Shown in pieces: positions 8,587 to 18,790 of a stretch of DNA of 61,188 bases (positions are counted from its first letter, which is position 1; each line of letters begins with the position of its first letter). The notes beneath the pieces were generated by a model. That model ran no database searches, was not told where the DNA came from, and saw nothing but the letters and a program-made list of their open reading frames with translations. Position numbers and translations under genes: made by a program. This stretch comes from Patescibacteria group bacterium. Its GTDB lineage: Bacteria > Patescibacteriota > Minisyncoccia > Phycocordibacterales > SBAW01. The DNA lies in assembly GCA_016176685.1 (NCBI GenBank), contig JACOWS010000006.1, positions 1 through 61,188 of the forward strand, given 5' to 3'.

Positions 8587-9420
8587 CTACTGCCCTTTTA
8601 GCTTATAGTACAGTTTGTCGCCAAAGCGAAGGTCAAGGTACTCGAAGTCGGGCAAGGCGTGGGTGGTAAACGGCTCGGCGGTGAGTGCCAAGGTAAAGCG
8701 CTCGTATACGTCGGCACTGTTGTCGTCAATGGAAAAGATGAGCAAAAAATCTTGCTGGAAGTACACGCGCGCGTCGCCGCCTTCGTCTACCACTACTTGC
8801 CGCACCGGGTCTTCCGGTTGGGTTTTTCCAATAGCGGCAACCAGGGCAAAGAGGGCGCGATAATTTTTTTCTGTCAGATATTGCGCGGGCAGTGAACCTC
8901 CAGCCAAGAGCGGCGTCGCGGTACCAAAGTACCGCACATAGGCATCGCCGGAAAAGTCGGCTGCAGGCGCATACACCACCCCTCCCTCATCCATTAGCGC
9001 ACAGCCCGTAGAAGAGGCGCCCGCACCGCACCATAGCGCTTGAGGCGCGCGCTCTGCGACCACAACCGCAAGCGTGTCAAAGTTTTCCGCATGCACGATA
9101 GCACTTTTAAGCGCCGGGAATAGTTTAAGCAGGTTTTGCTCGATGGCGCGCTTGGGGTAAAAAAAGATGCTGTCTTTGGGGATAGCGTATAAGTATGCGC
9201 CGGAAATCGCATCGCGTATCGCCTCTCTAACCTGTGCCGTGGTGACACTTTCGGCACCGGAGATGTCGATTGCCGTCACGCGCACAAAAGGCGCATGTAA
9301 AAACCATATTGCTCCGCCACAGAGCACTAGTAAAAGCGCGCCCAACACAAGCGCTATACGCGCGCGGCGCCCTCGGCGCCGCGCGCGCACTTGAGACATT
9401 GGAAAAGAGACGCGAGCCAT
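8587..9420 (-). CDS. ftsQ: FtsQ/DivIB-like cell division protein (POTRA domain)
   Basis: Basic N-terminus, single TM, POTRA-like segment, C-terminal EYLDLRFGDKLYYK; start set at MARVSF. Confidence 0.75.
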   Translation of the reverse strand: MARVSFPMSQVRARRRGRRARIALVLGALLLVLCGGAIWFLHAPFVRVTAIDISGAESVTTAQVREAIRDAISGAYLYAIPKDSIFFYPKRAIEQNLLKLFPALKSAIVHAENFDTLAVVVAERAPQALWCGAGASSTGCALMDEGGVVYAPAADFSGDAYVRYFGTATPLLAGGSLPAQYLTEKNYRALFALVAAIGKTQPEDPVRQVVVDEGGDARVYFQQDFLLIFSIDDNSADVYERFTLALTAEPFTTHALPDFEYLDLRFGDKLYYKLKGQ

Positions 9421-9544
9421 ACCCTTATAGTATAAGCGAAGCAAAAAATAAGATAAAAGTGAGTCCGAGGCGCGTCGGCGCCGAGGCGAGGGAATTTATC
9501 AGCAGGAAATTCCCGCTCATTTTTATATTATTTTTTGCTTCGCC

Positions 9545-10834
9545 CTACAATTTCACCTTTTCTATTTTCTCTTTCCCCAGATACGCCTGGAGTGCTTTTG
9601 GCACTGCAACCGAGCCGTCCGCCTGCTGGTAGTTTTCAATAATAGCTATAAGGGTGCGGCCTATGGCTATGGCGGTCGCATCATTCATATGTACATGTTC
9701 GCTCGTACCATCAGTGCGTCTAACTTTTGTTCCAAGTCTCCTCGCCTGGAAGCCGCCCACATAGTCGGCGCTGTGCGTCTCGCGGTAGACATTCTGCCCC
9801 GGCATCCAGGTTTCTATATCTATCTGCCGCTGGTCGGGAAAGCCCATGTCGCCGGTGCAGACAATGATAGTTTGGTGCGGCAGCCCGAGCCCCCGCATCA
9901 GATGCTCTTGTATCGCCACCATAAAGTCCTGTTCGGCGATGCCGTCCTCCGGTTTGATAAAACTCTCCATCTCGAGCTTATCGAACTGGTGTTGGCGCAA
10001 AATACCCTTGGTGTCTTTGCCATAGCTGCCTGCCTCGCGGCGGAAAGCGGTCGAGTATCCTACGTAGCGTATAGGCAGGCGCGTCTCGTCCAACATCTCG
10101 TCCATATGCAAGGGCCCCAGCGTATGCTCGGCACTGCCTATCAAAACCAGGTCGTCCTTTTCGAAATAAAAGCGGTCTTCAATGGGGTTGAGGCGGGCCA
10201 TCCGGTTCATCACCTGGGAGCGCATAAAGGCCGGCGGGATAACCGGCACAAAAGGTTTTGGGTCTACAGAAAGATTCGCTTTTTTTGCTATTTTCGCCAA
10301 GGCCTCTCGCGAGGTTAAAACGCCAAGTGCAAATTGCAGGAGCGCAAACTGCATAAGCGCAAGGTCGCCCTTGAGGTAGGTAAAGCGCGCGCCGGAAATA
10401 TCGGCCGCTTTTTCGCTGTCGATGATGCCCAGCGTTTTGCCGATGTCCCAATGCGCCTTGGGTTCAAAATCAAACTTTGGTAGCTCTCCCCACTGCCTGA
10501 GCACCTTGTTGCCCGACTCGTCTTGCCCCACAGGCGTGTCTACCGACGGGATGTTGGGGATTTGTATAAGCAGTGATAGCAGCTCTTTTTCCAGCGTTTG
10601 GTATTGCTCCTCCAGTGCCTTGGCTTCTTCTTTTGACTTTTTACCGGCCTCTGCATCACGGTTATCAGCCGCCTCGTTGCGGCTGCGGTTTGCATCGGCA
10701 AGCTTTCCCGCCAAGACCTTGCGCAGGTCGGCAAGCGTAAGGATTTTGTCGAGGTCTATACCCTCTCTTTTTTTGTTTTTGATAGCCGCGCGCACCAGCT
10801 CCGGGTTCTCGCGTATAAAGGTGATGTCAAGCAT
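9545..10834 (-). CDS. serS: serine--tRNA ligase
   Basis: True start MLDITFIRENPEL at 10834; FRREAGSYGKDTKGILRQHQFDKLE; DIETWMP; RTLIAIIENYQ. Confidence 0.96.
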   Translation of the reverse strand: MLDITFIRENPELVRAAIKNKKREGIDLDKILTLADLRKVLAGKLADANRSRNEAADNRDAEAGKKSKEEAKALEEQYQTLEKELLSLLIQIPNIPSVDTPVGQDESGNKVLRQWGELPKFDFEPKAHWDIGKTLGIIDSEKAADISGARFTYLKGDLALMQFALLQFALGVLTSREALAKIAKKANLSVDPKPFVPVIPPAFMRSQVMNRMARLNPIEDRFYFEKDDLVLIGSAEHTLGPLHMDEMLDETRLPIRYVGYSTAFRREAGSYGKDTKGILRQHQFDKLEMESFIKPEDGIAEQDFMVAIQEHLMRGLGLPHQTIIVCTGDMGFPDQRQIDIETWMPGQNVYRETHSADYVGGFQARRLGTKVRRTDGTSEHVHMNDATAIAIGRTLIAIIENYQQADGSVAVPKALQAYLGKEKIEKVKL

Positions 10835-10861
10835 ATAACTATGGTATATGTGTATCCTACA

Positions 10862-11722
10862 ATGCCATTTCCTATACGACAAATACGGCCACGGGGTTTC
10901 CCCATACTGCTTAAAGAAGTTCCGGACAAGCCGGCGCAGCTCTACATGCGCGGGACACTGCCGCCACCGGAGCACCGGCTCCTGTGCGTGGTTGGCTCGC
11001 GCGCGTGCAGCGCCTATGGCCGTCGGCAGACCCAAAAACTCATCGCCGGACTTGCGCGGGAAAAGGTGGCTATTGTCTCGGGGCTCGCGCTTGGCATAGA
11101 CTCCGAGGCGCACAAAGCGGCGCTCGATGTCGGGCTGCCAACCGTGGCGGTGCTCCCCTCCTCTTGTGACGACGCATCGCTCTACCCCGCTACCAACGCA
11201 GTCCTTGCGGGGCGGATACTTAAGAGTGGCGGCGCCCTGCTTTCCGAGCGTACCGCCCCCTGGAAAGCGCATATACACGACTTTGCCGCTCGCAACCGCA
11301 TTATGGCCGGCATGTCGCAAGCAACTCTTATTATTGAGGCGGGAGAAAAGTCGGGCACGCTCATCACCGCGCGCCTGGCGCTCGACTACAACCGCGAGGT
11401 GCTGTGCATACCGCACGAGCTCGAGCGCATGGGCGGCGCCGGGGCCAACCGGCTTCTGCGGCAAGGGGCAACACTGGTGCAAAACAGTGCCGACATTTTA
11501 GAGGCGCTGGGTTTTACGGCAAGAGCCCCCGTGCAAGCGCCTCTCCCAACCGACCTCACCCCCGAGGAGACGTCGGTGCTCCACACCCTTGCCGAGCCCT
11601 TGGCAAACGACGAGATCATCGAGCGCTCGGGACTCTCGGCACAGGAAGCAAACGCAGCGCTCTCTTCTCTCCTTATCCGCGGGCTCATCGTGGAGCGCCT
11701 GGGTAAAATCGAGCGCCAGTAA
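10862..11722 (+). CDS. dprA: DNA-processing protein DprA/Smf
   Basis: VVGSR, IVSGLALGID, FAARNRIMAG, EAGEKSGTLITA and a C-terminal winged helix; start could be 10841. Confidence 0.94.
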   Translation: MPFPIRQIRPRGFPILLKEVPDKPAQLYMRGTLPPPEHRLLCVVGSRACSAYGRRQTQKLIAGLAREKVAIVSGLALGIDSEAHKAALDVGLPTVAVLPSSCDDASLYPATNAVLAGRILKSGGALLSERTAPWKAHIHDFAARNRIMAGMSQATLIIEAGEKSGTLITARLALDYNREVLCIPHELERMGGAGANRLLRQGATLVQNSADILEALGFTARAPVQAPLPTDLTPEETSVLHTLAEPLANDEIIERSGLSAQEANAALSSLLIRGLIVERLGKIERQ

Positions 11723-11782
11723 AAAAGTAATTCGCCCAACAAATAGTTGACAGGAAGGTTTATTTATAGTAATTAGTAGTAA

Positions 11783-13369
11783 ATGCAATTGAAGATTTCT
11801 GTAAACATTTTGACCTCGCGGGCCATTCAGGCCGGACTCTTGGTATGGCATAGCGCTCTGCGCGTGGGCTTCTGGAAGATAGGTGCCGCGGTGCTGGGCC
11901 TCTTGCTTGGTATAAACGCGGCCGGCCACCTGTTTGGTGCTACAAAAGCCGAACAAGCGGCCACCGACGTGCGCACCGTCTCGGTGCGCACGGTGGCCGA
12001 CCTCGTCAACGAAGGCGAGCCGCTCTCGGTCGCCGGCACGGTAAGTTCCAAGTCGGAAGCATCCGTGCTTGTGCAAAAAACGGGCGGCGTGGTCGGTGTG
12101 TACCATCAGCTCGGCGACTACGTTTCCGCCGGAAGCATTATTGCAGAAATCGACAGTGCGTCCGAGCGCGCGGCCTTGGCGCAGGCGCAGGGGTTGCTTG
12201 ATGCCGCGCGTGCCTCTGGCGGCATTTCGGACACATCTCTCGCCGCCGCGCAAAGTGGTGCCGTAAACACGCTCCTTGCCACCTACGCTATCGTCGACAA
12301 CGCCGTGCGCGGCGGCATAGACCCGATGTTTTCAAACCCAGAAACGGTATACCCGCAATTTAGCGTCCTAAGCTCAAACTCACAGGTAAAAATAGATATA
12401 GAGAACGGGCGCGTGGCACTTTCCCCCCTGCTCGCGCGCGAGCAGGCGCGGGCTACTACACTGGTAAATACCGACGAGCTTGCGGCGGAGCTTGCCGCGA
12501 CCGCAGGAGAGGTGCGTGTAGTGCGTGACTTTTTGGACCAGGTGATTATCACGCTCAACAACGGCATCCCGGCAAACAACATTAGTGCCGCCACCATTGC
12601 TTCGTACAAAGCAACCGCTTCTGCGGCTCGCAGTGCGGTCACCGCGGCGCTCTCCTCGCTCACCGGAGCACAGCAGACACTCACCACGGCAGAGCAAAAC
12701 GCCACCGGCGGGGCCGCCATGTCATCCTCGGCGGGCGCACTGCTTGCGCAAGCACAAGCGGGGCTCAAGGCGGCGGAGATAAATCTTGAAAAAACGCTGA
12801 TACGCGCATCTATTGCCGGCACTATCAACTCGCTTTCGCTCAAGCGGGGCGACTTTGTACAGGCATTTACACCGGCCGCCTCTATCGCCAATAACAATGC
12901 CCTGGAGGTGGTGCTGTATGTAACCGAGGGAGACTCTCGCAACATCCGCGTTGGCGCCAAAGCAATAGTACATGCAGGAAATGGAGCAACTCTTAACGGA
13001 ACGATAACGCGTATTGCGCCGGCACTAGACCCGCTGACAAAAAAAATAGAGGTGCGCGTCGCGGTGGCGGACGAGGCGCACCTGCTCATCAATGGACAGT
13101 CAGTGCTCCTTGCCATTGCCCGCACGCTTGCAACCCCTACGTCCGCGACCTCCCTACCCATCATCATACCCATTGCCGCACTTAAAATCGGCGCCGACGG
13201 CACCAAGATATTTACGGTGAGTGCGAGCTCTAGCGCGGTGGCGCACTCGGTTACGATTGGAGCGCTCCTGGGCGACAAAGTGACCATCAAGGAGGGCCTG
13301 ACTCTCGACATGGAAATAGTGACCGATGCGCGAGGCCTGCAAGACGGCGAGCGGGTATTGGTGCTCTAA
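11783..13369 (+). CDS. RND efflux periplasmic adaptor (HlyD/MFP family) with long helical insert
   Basis: Lipoyl half-motifs VGDYVSAGSIIAEI and IRASIAGTINSLSLKRGDFV; beta-barrel GTITRIAPALDPLTKKIEV; upstream of the AcrB-like gene. Confidence 0.88.
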   Translation: MQLKISVNILTSRAIQAGLLVWHSALRVGFWKIGAAVLGLLLGINAAGHLFGATKAEQAATDVRTVSVRTVADLVNEGEPLSVAGTVSSKSEASVLVQKTGGVVGVYHQLGDYVSAGSIIAEIDSASERAALAQAQGLLDAARASGGISDTSLAAAQSGAVNTLLATYAIVDNAVRGGIDPMFSNPETVYPQFSVLSSNSQVKIDIENGRVALSPLLAREQARATTLVNTDELAAELAATAGEVRVVRDFLDQVIITLNNGIPANNISAATIASYKATASAARSAVTAALSSLTGAQQTLTTAEQNATGGAAMSSSAGALLAQAQAGLKAAEINLEKTLIRASIAGTINSLSLKRGDFVQAFTPAASIANNNALEVVLYVTEGDSRNIRVGAKAIVHAGNGATLNGTITRIAPALDPLTKKIEVRVAVADEAHLLINGQSVLLAIARTLATPTSATSLPIIIPIAALKIGADGTKIFTVSASSSAVAHSVTIGALLGDKVTIKEGLTLDMEIVTDARGLQDGERVLVL

Positions 13370-13381
13370 CCTTCCCCGCCT

Positions 13382-16300
13382 ATGCTCCCCCTTTGGAAAT
13401 TTTTTATAGAAAAGAGGCAGTTCACCATACTGCTTATGTTGGTGCTCTTAGCGTGGGGCAGCGTCGCTACGATACGCATCACCAAAGAGTCTGCTCCGGA
13501 GGTGCAAATACCGGTTGGCATTGTTACCACCGCATTACCGGGTGCCTCCGCGGAAGACATAGAAAAGCTGGTCACCAACAAGCTTGAGCAGAACCTTACC
13601 AGTCTTACCAACCTGGAAAAGCTTACCTCCACCTCTCGCGACGGCGTCTCGGTTATTGTTGCCGAGTTTAGTGCCTCCGCAAACCTAAACCAGTCTATTC
13701 AAGACCTCAAGGACCAAGTAGACAAAGTAAGAGGCGACCTGCCCGCCGATGCCACCGACCCGTCGGTTACCGACGTCAACTTTGTCGACCAGCCGATACA
13801 AATTATCTCCATTACCGCTGACCTGCCATTTGCAAAGTTTGCGGAACTCGGGGAGGAGGTAAAAAATGAGCTGCAGACGGTCCGCGGCGTCTCCAAGGTA
13901 ACTGTTTCCGGCGTGCGCAACCGAGAGATAAACGTTGTGGTCAAAAAAGAGCAGATAGCGCGGTACGGCATTTCCCTTTCGCAGGTGGTTGCGGCCATCT
14001 CGTCCGCAAATGCCTCACTGCCCGTTGGTGCCATCACCGTTGGGAACATCTCCTACAACATTGCGTTTGAAGGAGGTCTCGACACCGTGAGCGCCTTCCA
14101 TAGCATCCCCCTCCTACTGGCCAGCAACCAGGTGGTGTATTTGCGCGACATTGCCGACGTGTCCGACGGAGTAGAAAAAGCGACCTCATACTCGCGGGTA
14201 GCCATAGGGAAAAATCCCAGCCGCCAAGCACTGACGCTTGCGGTGTTTAAAACACACGGGCAAGACGTAACCACTACTACAGGGGGCGTTAAACAAAAAC
14301 TGGACGAACTTACAAACACGCTCCTGCGAGGAAGCGAGATTGTTATTACCTATGACACCGGCGAGGAGGTGGCGAAAGACCTCTATGAACTTACCCGTAC
14401 CGGCATCATTACCATGACCCTGGTTATGCTCGTGCTCTTTGCCACACTCGGTTGGCGCGAGGCGCTGGTGGCGGGTATGTCAGTCCCTTTCTCTTTTCTT
14501 ATCGCGTTTGTGGGGCTCTGGTACTCCGGCAACACGTTTAATTTTGTTTCCCTCTTCTCTCTCATTCTTGCTATCGGCATTTTGGTTGACTCGGGCATCG
14601 TGGTGGTCGAGGCCATACACACCCGAGTTAGGATTTTTGGCGACAAAAAAAAGGCGGCCATACAAGCGCTCGAGGAGTACGCATGGCCACTTATCGGCGG
14701 CACGATGACAACCGTTGCGGTGTTTATACCGCTCTTTTTTATCTCTGGTATTGTAGGCAAATTTATCGCCTCCATCCCCTACACGGTTATCTTTGTGCTT
14801 ATGGCGAGCATCTTCGTGGCGCTGGGGTTTGTTCCTATGTGGGCGATGCTATGTACCTCCACCGGGCGCTCGCCGCTTACCGACCGGCAGGAGCAGTATA
14901 CGGAAAAAATGCGGGTGTGGTACACACAAAAACTCGGCTTATTTTTCAAAAACCGCGCCGCGCAAAACCGCTTTTTGGTCGCTATCTTTGCGAGCTTTAT
15001 ACTTGCGGTACTCCTCCCCATTACCGGCATCATAAAAGTAAACTTTTTTCCGCAGGACGACTCCGACTTTTTGTACGTCGATATCGAGCTCCCCGTCGGT
15101 ACAGAGCTTGAGACAAGCGACCTTTCGGCACGCCAGGTGGAAGAGGCGTTGTATGGCCTTGCGGATGCAGACTCAACCATCACCAGTGTGGGCAACACCA
15201 GTTCATTCGGCAACAACCCGCAAAGCGGCGCGCGGTACGCCAATGTAACCATCAATCTTGCGGCGGACCGCGCACACTCTTCAACCGACATACTCGCCGA
15301 GGTGCAGACTCGTCTCAAAAATATCCACAGCGCAACCATCCGCGCGGGGCAGCCCTCGGGCGGGCCGCCGGTCGGCGCACCCATACTCATACAATTTTTC
15401 GGGCAAGATAGAGACGCGCTTGACCAGGCGCTCTTAGAAGCACAAAGAGCACTGCAAAAAATTTCCGGAATCATCAACATCGACCCGTCAAACAAAAACG
15501 ACGGTACCGAGTTTATCCTCCGCATAAACCGCGACAAAGTGGCGGCGCTGGGGCTCACACCGCAAGCGGTTGCCTTGACCTTGCGCACGGCTATTGCCGG
15601 CTCCAAAGCAACCACGCTAGTGGGCGGCGAGCGCGATGTAAACCTCATGGTCTCACTCAACCTCAACCCTGTGTACACCGACCCGCACGACGCCTCGCGC
15701 GTGTCTCTAGATGCAATACACCAGATACCGATACAAACACCGTCCGGCGCAAGTGTGCTCCTTGGGTCGGTGCTGGAGTCGAGTATCGGGCGCAGTGATG
15801 CGGTTATCAACCACGAAAATCGCCAGCGCGTTGCTTCCATTTCTACCAACCTAGAGGCCCCGCTCACCACGGCAGAAGCCATTGAACAGTTCAACAAAAA
15901 TATGGCGGGCGTAGAGCTGCCGAAAGGGGTAACGATGAAAATCGGCGGAGAAAACGAACAGACTAACCGGTCGTTTGCAGAGATGGGTTTTGCTTTGGTC
16001 GCCGGGTTGGCGCTCATGTTTGTGATATTGGTGCTTGCCTTCAACTCCTTCCGATTTACCACTTACCTGCTTTCCGTCGTGCCGCTTTCGCTCATAGGAG
16101 TCTTTGGCGGGCTGGCGCTCACGGGCCAGGCACTTTCGTTTTCTTCTCTGCTTGGCATCATCGCACTGGCCGGGGTCATAATCAACCACGCCATTATTCT
16201 TATGGACGCTATCATCAAGCGCATGCGGGCAAGCGCCGGGTATGCCTTAAGCGACATCGTGGTTGACGCGGCAGTCTCTCGGCTGCGCCCTATTGTCCTT

Positions 16301-16492
16301 ACCACCGTCACTACCGTTATCGGCATGATTCCGCTCACGACAGTCTCCGCTCTGTGGGGGCCGCTGGCGTTCGCAATACTCTTTGGCCTTTCGTTTGCAA
16401 TGATACTCACACTCGTACTTATCCCCACACTGGTCTACCGCTGGCCTGGAAAATTACCGAGCAACGTTACGCGCGGGGAATACATTTTATAA
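13382..16492 (+). CDS. RND efflux permease (AcrB/AcrD/AcrF family)
   Basis: 1036 aa, 12-TM architecture; LAIGILVDSGIVVVE, GVIINHAIILMD and RLRPIVLTTVTT. Confidence 0.95.
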   Translation: MLPLWKFFIEKRQFTILLMLVLLAWGSVATIRITKESAPEVQIPVGIVTTALPGASAEDIEKLVTNKLEQNLTSLTNLEKLTSTSRDGVSVIVAEFSASANLNQSIQDLKDQVDKVRGDLPADATDPSVTDVNFVDQPIQIISITADLPFAKFAELGEEVKNELQTVRGVSKVTVSGVRNREINVVVKKEQIARYGISLSQVVAAISSANASLPVGAITVGNISYNIAFEGGLDTVSAFHSIPLLLASNQVVYLRDIADVSDGVEKATSYSRVAIGKNPSRQALTLAVFKTHGQDVTTTTGGVKQKLDELTNTLLRGSEIVITYDTGEEVAKDLYELTRTGIITMTLVMLVLFATLGWREALVAGMSVPFSFLIAFVGLWYSGNTFNFVSLFSLILAIGILVDSGIVVVEAIHTRVRIFGDKKKAAIQALEEYAWPLIGGTMTTVAVFIPLFFISGIVGKFIASIPYTVIFVLMASIFVALGFVPMWAMLCTSTGRSPLTDRQEQYTEKMRVWYTQKLGLFFKNRAAQNRFLVAIFASFILAVLLPITGIIKVNFFPQDDSDFLYVDIELPVGTELETSDLSARQVEEALYGLADADSTITSVGNTSSFGNNPQSGARYANVTINLAADRAHSSTDILAEVQTRLKNIHSATIRAGQPSGGPPVGAPILIQFFGQDRDALDQALLEAQRALQKISGIINIDPSNKNDGTEFILRINRDKVAALGLTPQAVALTLRTAIAGSKATTLVGGERDVNLMVSLNLNPVYTDPHDASRVSLDAIHQIPIQTPSGASVLLGSVLESSIGRSDAVINHENRQRVASISTNLEAPLTTAEAIEQFNKNMAGVELPKGVTMKIGGENEQTNRSFAEMGFALVAGLALMFVILVLAFNSFRFTTYLLSVVPLSLIGVFGGLALTGQALSFSSLLGIIALAGVIINHAIILMDAIIKRMRASAGYALSDIVVDAAVSRLRPIVLTTVTTVIGMIPLTTVSALWGPLAFAILFGLSFAMILTLVLIPTLVYRWPGKLPSNVTRGEYIL

Positions 16493-16536
16493 GTTGTGCT
16501 TTGCACATTTTTTGACTTCGGTGTATCAATAGCGAA

Positions 16537-18780
16537 ATGAAGTTGGTTATTGTTGAGTCGCCCGCAAAGGCAAAGACTATAGAAAAGTATCTTTCCCACA
16601 TCGACCAGAAGGGCGACTTTGTCGTGCGCGCCTCGGTGGGCCATGTGCGCGACCTGCCCAAGAGCAACAAAAAGGCGATAGATATTGAGGGTGGATTTGT
16701 CCCCCATTACGAGGTGGTGCCGGGAAAAGCGCGGGTTATCCACGAGCTTAGGGAGCTGGCACACAAAGCCGGCGAGGTTATACTGGCGACCGACCCAGAC
16801 CGCGAGGGCGAGGCGATTGCCTGGCACATACAAGAGGAACTGGGGCTTAAAAAACCAAAGAGAATCGTCTTTTACGAAATTACGGAGGAGGCCATAGCGG
16901 AGGCGCTGGCACACCCGCGTACCATTGACGACCACTTGCGGCTGGCACAAGAGGCGCGCCGCGTACTCGACCGGCTCGTGGGCTACGACCTTTCAGGACT
17001 TATATGGAAAAAGGTTCGCTACGGCCTTTCGGCCGGCCGTGTTCAAAGTCCGGCGCTCCGCATCATTATGGAGCGCGAGCGCGAGATACGCGCTTTTAAA
17101 CCGGAAACGTTTTATGTAATCACCGCACAGACAAAAACGCCTAAAAAAGAATCTCTGGTGTTGACCTGTTCTGAAGAGCCAAAAGAAAAGCGGGAATCGG
17201 AGCGCATCATAGCGGCGGTAAAAAAAGACGGGCTTATCGTTGCCGGTGTTACGGAAAGTGAGATGAAGCGCGCCGCCCGCGCACCTTTTACCACTTCAAC
17301 CCTGCAGCAAACGGCCTCAACCAGGCTGGGGTTCTCTCCTCAAAACACGATGCGTATCGCACAAAAGCTGTATGAGGCCGGGCATATTACCTACATGCGC
17401 ACCGACTCAACCAACCTCGGAGCCGCCGCGCAAAGCGCACTACTTGCCCAGGTGGAAAAAAAATACGGCAAAGAGTACGCAGCGGCCAACACCTTTGCCG
17501 CCAAGTCCAAAAACGCGCAGGAGGCGCACGAGGCGGTGCGTCCCACCCACGCGGACAAAGAGTCTATGGGCTCGACCCCCGAGCAGAAAAAACTCTACGA
17601 GCTTATCTGGCGGCGCGCCATCACTTCGCAAATGGCCGATGCAAAACTGCTTAAGACAAAAATCACCGCTCAAGTTCCAAGGGTCGCCCTTGGACATGTC
17701 CAAGGGCGACCCTTGGAACAAATTCCGGAATTTACCGCCAACGGCTCGCGCGTGGTATTTGACGGCTGGCTCCGCGCCGACCCGGCCGCACGCGGCGAAG
17801 ATGTCGAGCTTCCAAAAGTGGAGCAAAAAGAAGCGTTGGTTGTCGAAGAGGTCTCTTCCGAAGAAAAGCAGACCACCCCGCCGCCGCGCTACACCGAAGC
17901 GGGACTTATTAAAGAGTTGGAGAAGCGCGGCATCGGCCGCCCGTCCACTTACGCGAGCATTATGAAGACGCTTGCCGACCGCGGCTACGTGGTAAAAGAG
18001 GGTCGGAGTTTGCAGCCGACCGACACAGGCGACGTCGTTTCCACCTTTTTGGAAAAAAACTTTCCCTCCTACATCAGCGACACCTTTACCGCCGAGATGG
18101 AAGACGAGCTCGACGAAATAGCCGATGGCAAGCGCGAGTACGCAAAGACGCTCCGCGATTTTTATACCCCGTTTCGTAAAGAAGTAAAAATAAAAGACAA
18201 AGAGGCGGGGAAAATAACCGACCTCGGCCCCGCACCAAAAGAGTTTCCCTGTCCGGTATGCGGTGCCGGCATGGTGTTTAAACTCTCGCGCCAAGACACC
18301 TTTATGAGCTGCGCCCGCTTCCCCGACTGTTTGGGTGCGCGTACCGAGAAGGGAGAAGTACTTTTAAACGAGCCGCCAAAACCAATCGGTACGTATCCAG
18401 AAACAGGCGAGCCCATTTATGTGCTTAGCGGGCGCTTTGGCCCGTATGTCCAGGTTGGTGATACGCCGACCGGCAAAGGGTCAAGGTCGAAAAACAAGCC
18501 GCACCGCGCAAGCGTCCCAAAGGGAAAAGTGCCGGAAGAGGTGACTCTTAAAGATGCGTTAAAATATCTTTCGCTCCCGCGCGTGCTGGGCAACCATCCG
18601 GAAACTAATGAGCCCATTTCCGCAAACATCGGGCGCTTTGGCCCGTATGTCGTGCATCAAAAAGACTTCCGCTCGCTCAAAACAGACGATGTCTACACCA
18701 TAGAGCTTCAAAGAGCACTCGAAATTTTGAGAGAGGAAAAAAAGAAGCGCGGCTTCGCGCGCAAAAGTAAAAAGGAGTAG
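16537..18780 (+). CDS. topA: DNA topoisomerase I with an in-frame 46-bp palindrome
   Basis: VIVESPAKAKTI, ATDPDREGE, SAGRVQ, ITYMRTD, GIGRPSTY; Zn ribbon and Toprim C-terminal repeats. Confidence 0.97.
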   Translation: MKLVIVESPAKAKTIEKYLSHIDQKGDFVVRASVGHVRDLPKSNKKAIDIEGGFVPHYEVVPGKARVIHELRELAHKAGEVILATDPDREGEAIAWHIQEELGLKKPKRIVFYEITEEAIAEALAHPRTIDDHLRLAQEARRVLDRLVGYDLSGLIWKKVRYGLSAGRVQSPALRIIMEREREIRAFKPETFYVITAQTKTPKKESLVLTCSEEPKEKRESERIIAAVKKDGLIVAGVTESEMKRAARAPFTTSTLQQTASTRLGFSPQNTMRIAQKLYEAGHITYMRTDSTNLGAAAQSALLAQVEKKYGKEYAAANTFAAKSKNAQEAHEAVRPTHADKESMGSTPEQKKLYELIWRRAITSQMADAKLLKTKITAQVPRVALGHVQGRPLEQIPEFTANGSRVVFDGWLRADPAARGEDVELPKVEQKEALVVEEVSSEEKQTTPPPRYTEAGLIKELEKRGIGRPSTYASIMKTLADRGYVVKEGRSLQPTDTGDVVSTFLEKNFPSYISDTFTAEMEDELDEIADGKREYAKTLRDFYTPFRKEVKIKDKEAGKITDLGPAPKEFPCPVCGAGMVFKLSRQDTFMSCARFPDCLGARTEKGEVLLNEPPKPIGTYPETGEPIYVLSGRFGPYVQVGDTPTGKGSRSKNKPHRASVPKGKVPEEVTLKDALKYLSLPRVLGNHPETNEPISANIGRFGPYVVHQKDFRSLKTDDVYTIELQRALEILREEKKKRGFARKSKKE
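17674..17719. repeat. perfect 46-bp palindrome in topA (REP doublet)
   Basis: GTTCCAAGGGTCGCCCTTGGACATGTCCAAGGGCGACCCTTGGAAC is its own reverse complement. Confidence 0.95.
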
Positions 18781-18790
18781 TATAGGTGTA

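Noticed and set aside
9545-11482. 645-aa ORF apparently fusing an unknown N-terminus to SerS
   Set aside because: The extension is the antisense shadow of dprA; the canonical SerS start MLDITFIREN is at 10834.
18430-18651. Identical 21-bp repeat GGGCGCTTTGGCCCGTATGTC in topA
   Set aside because: It encodes the GRFGPYV motif of the two known Toprim C-terminal repeats, i.e. an ordinary domain duplication.
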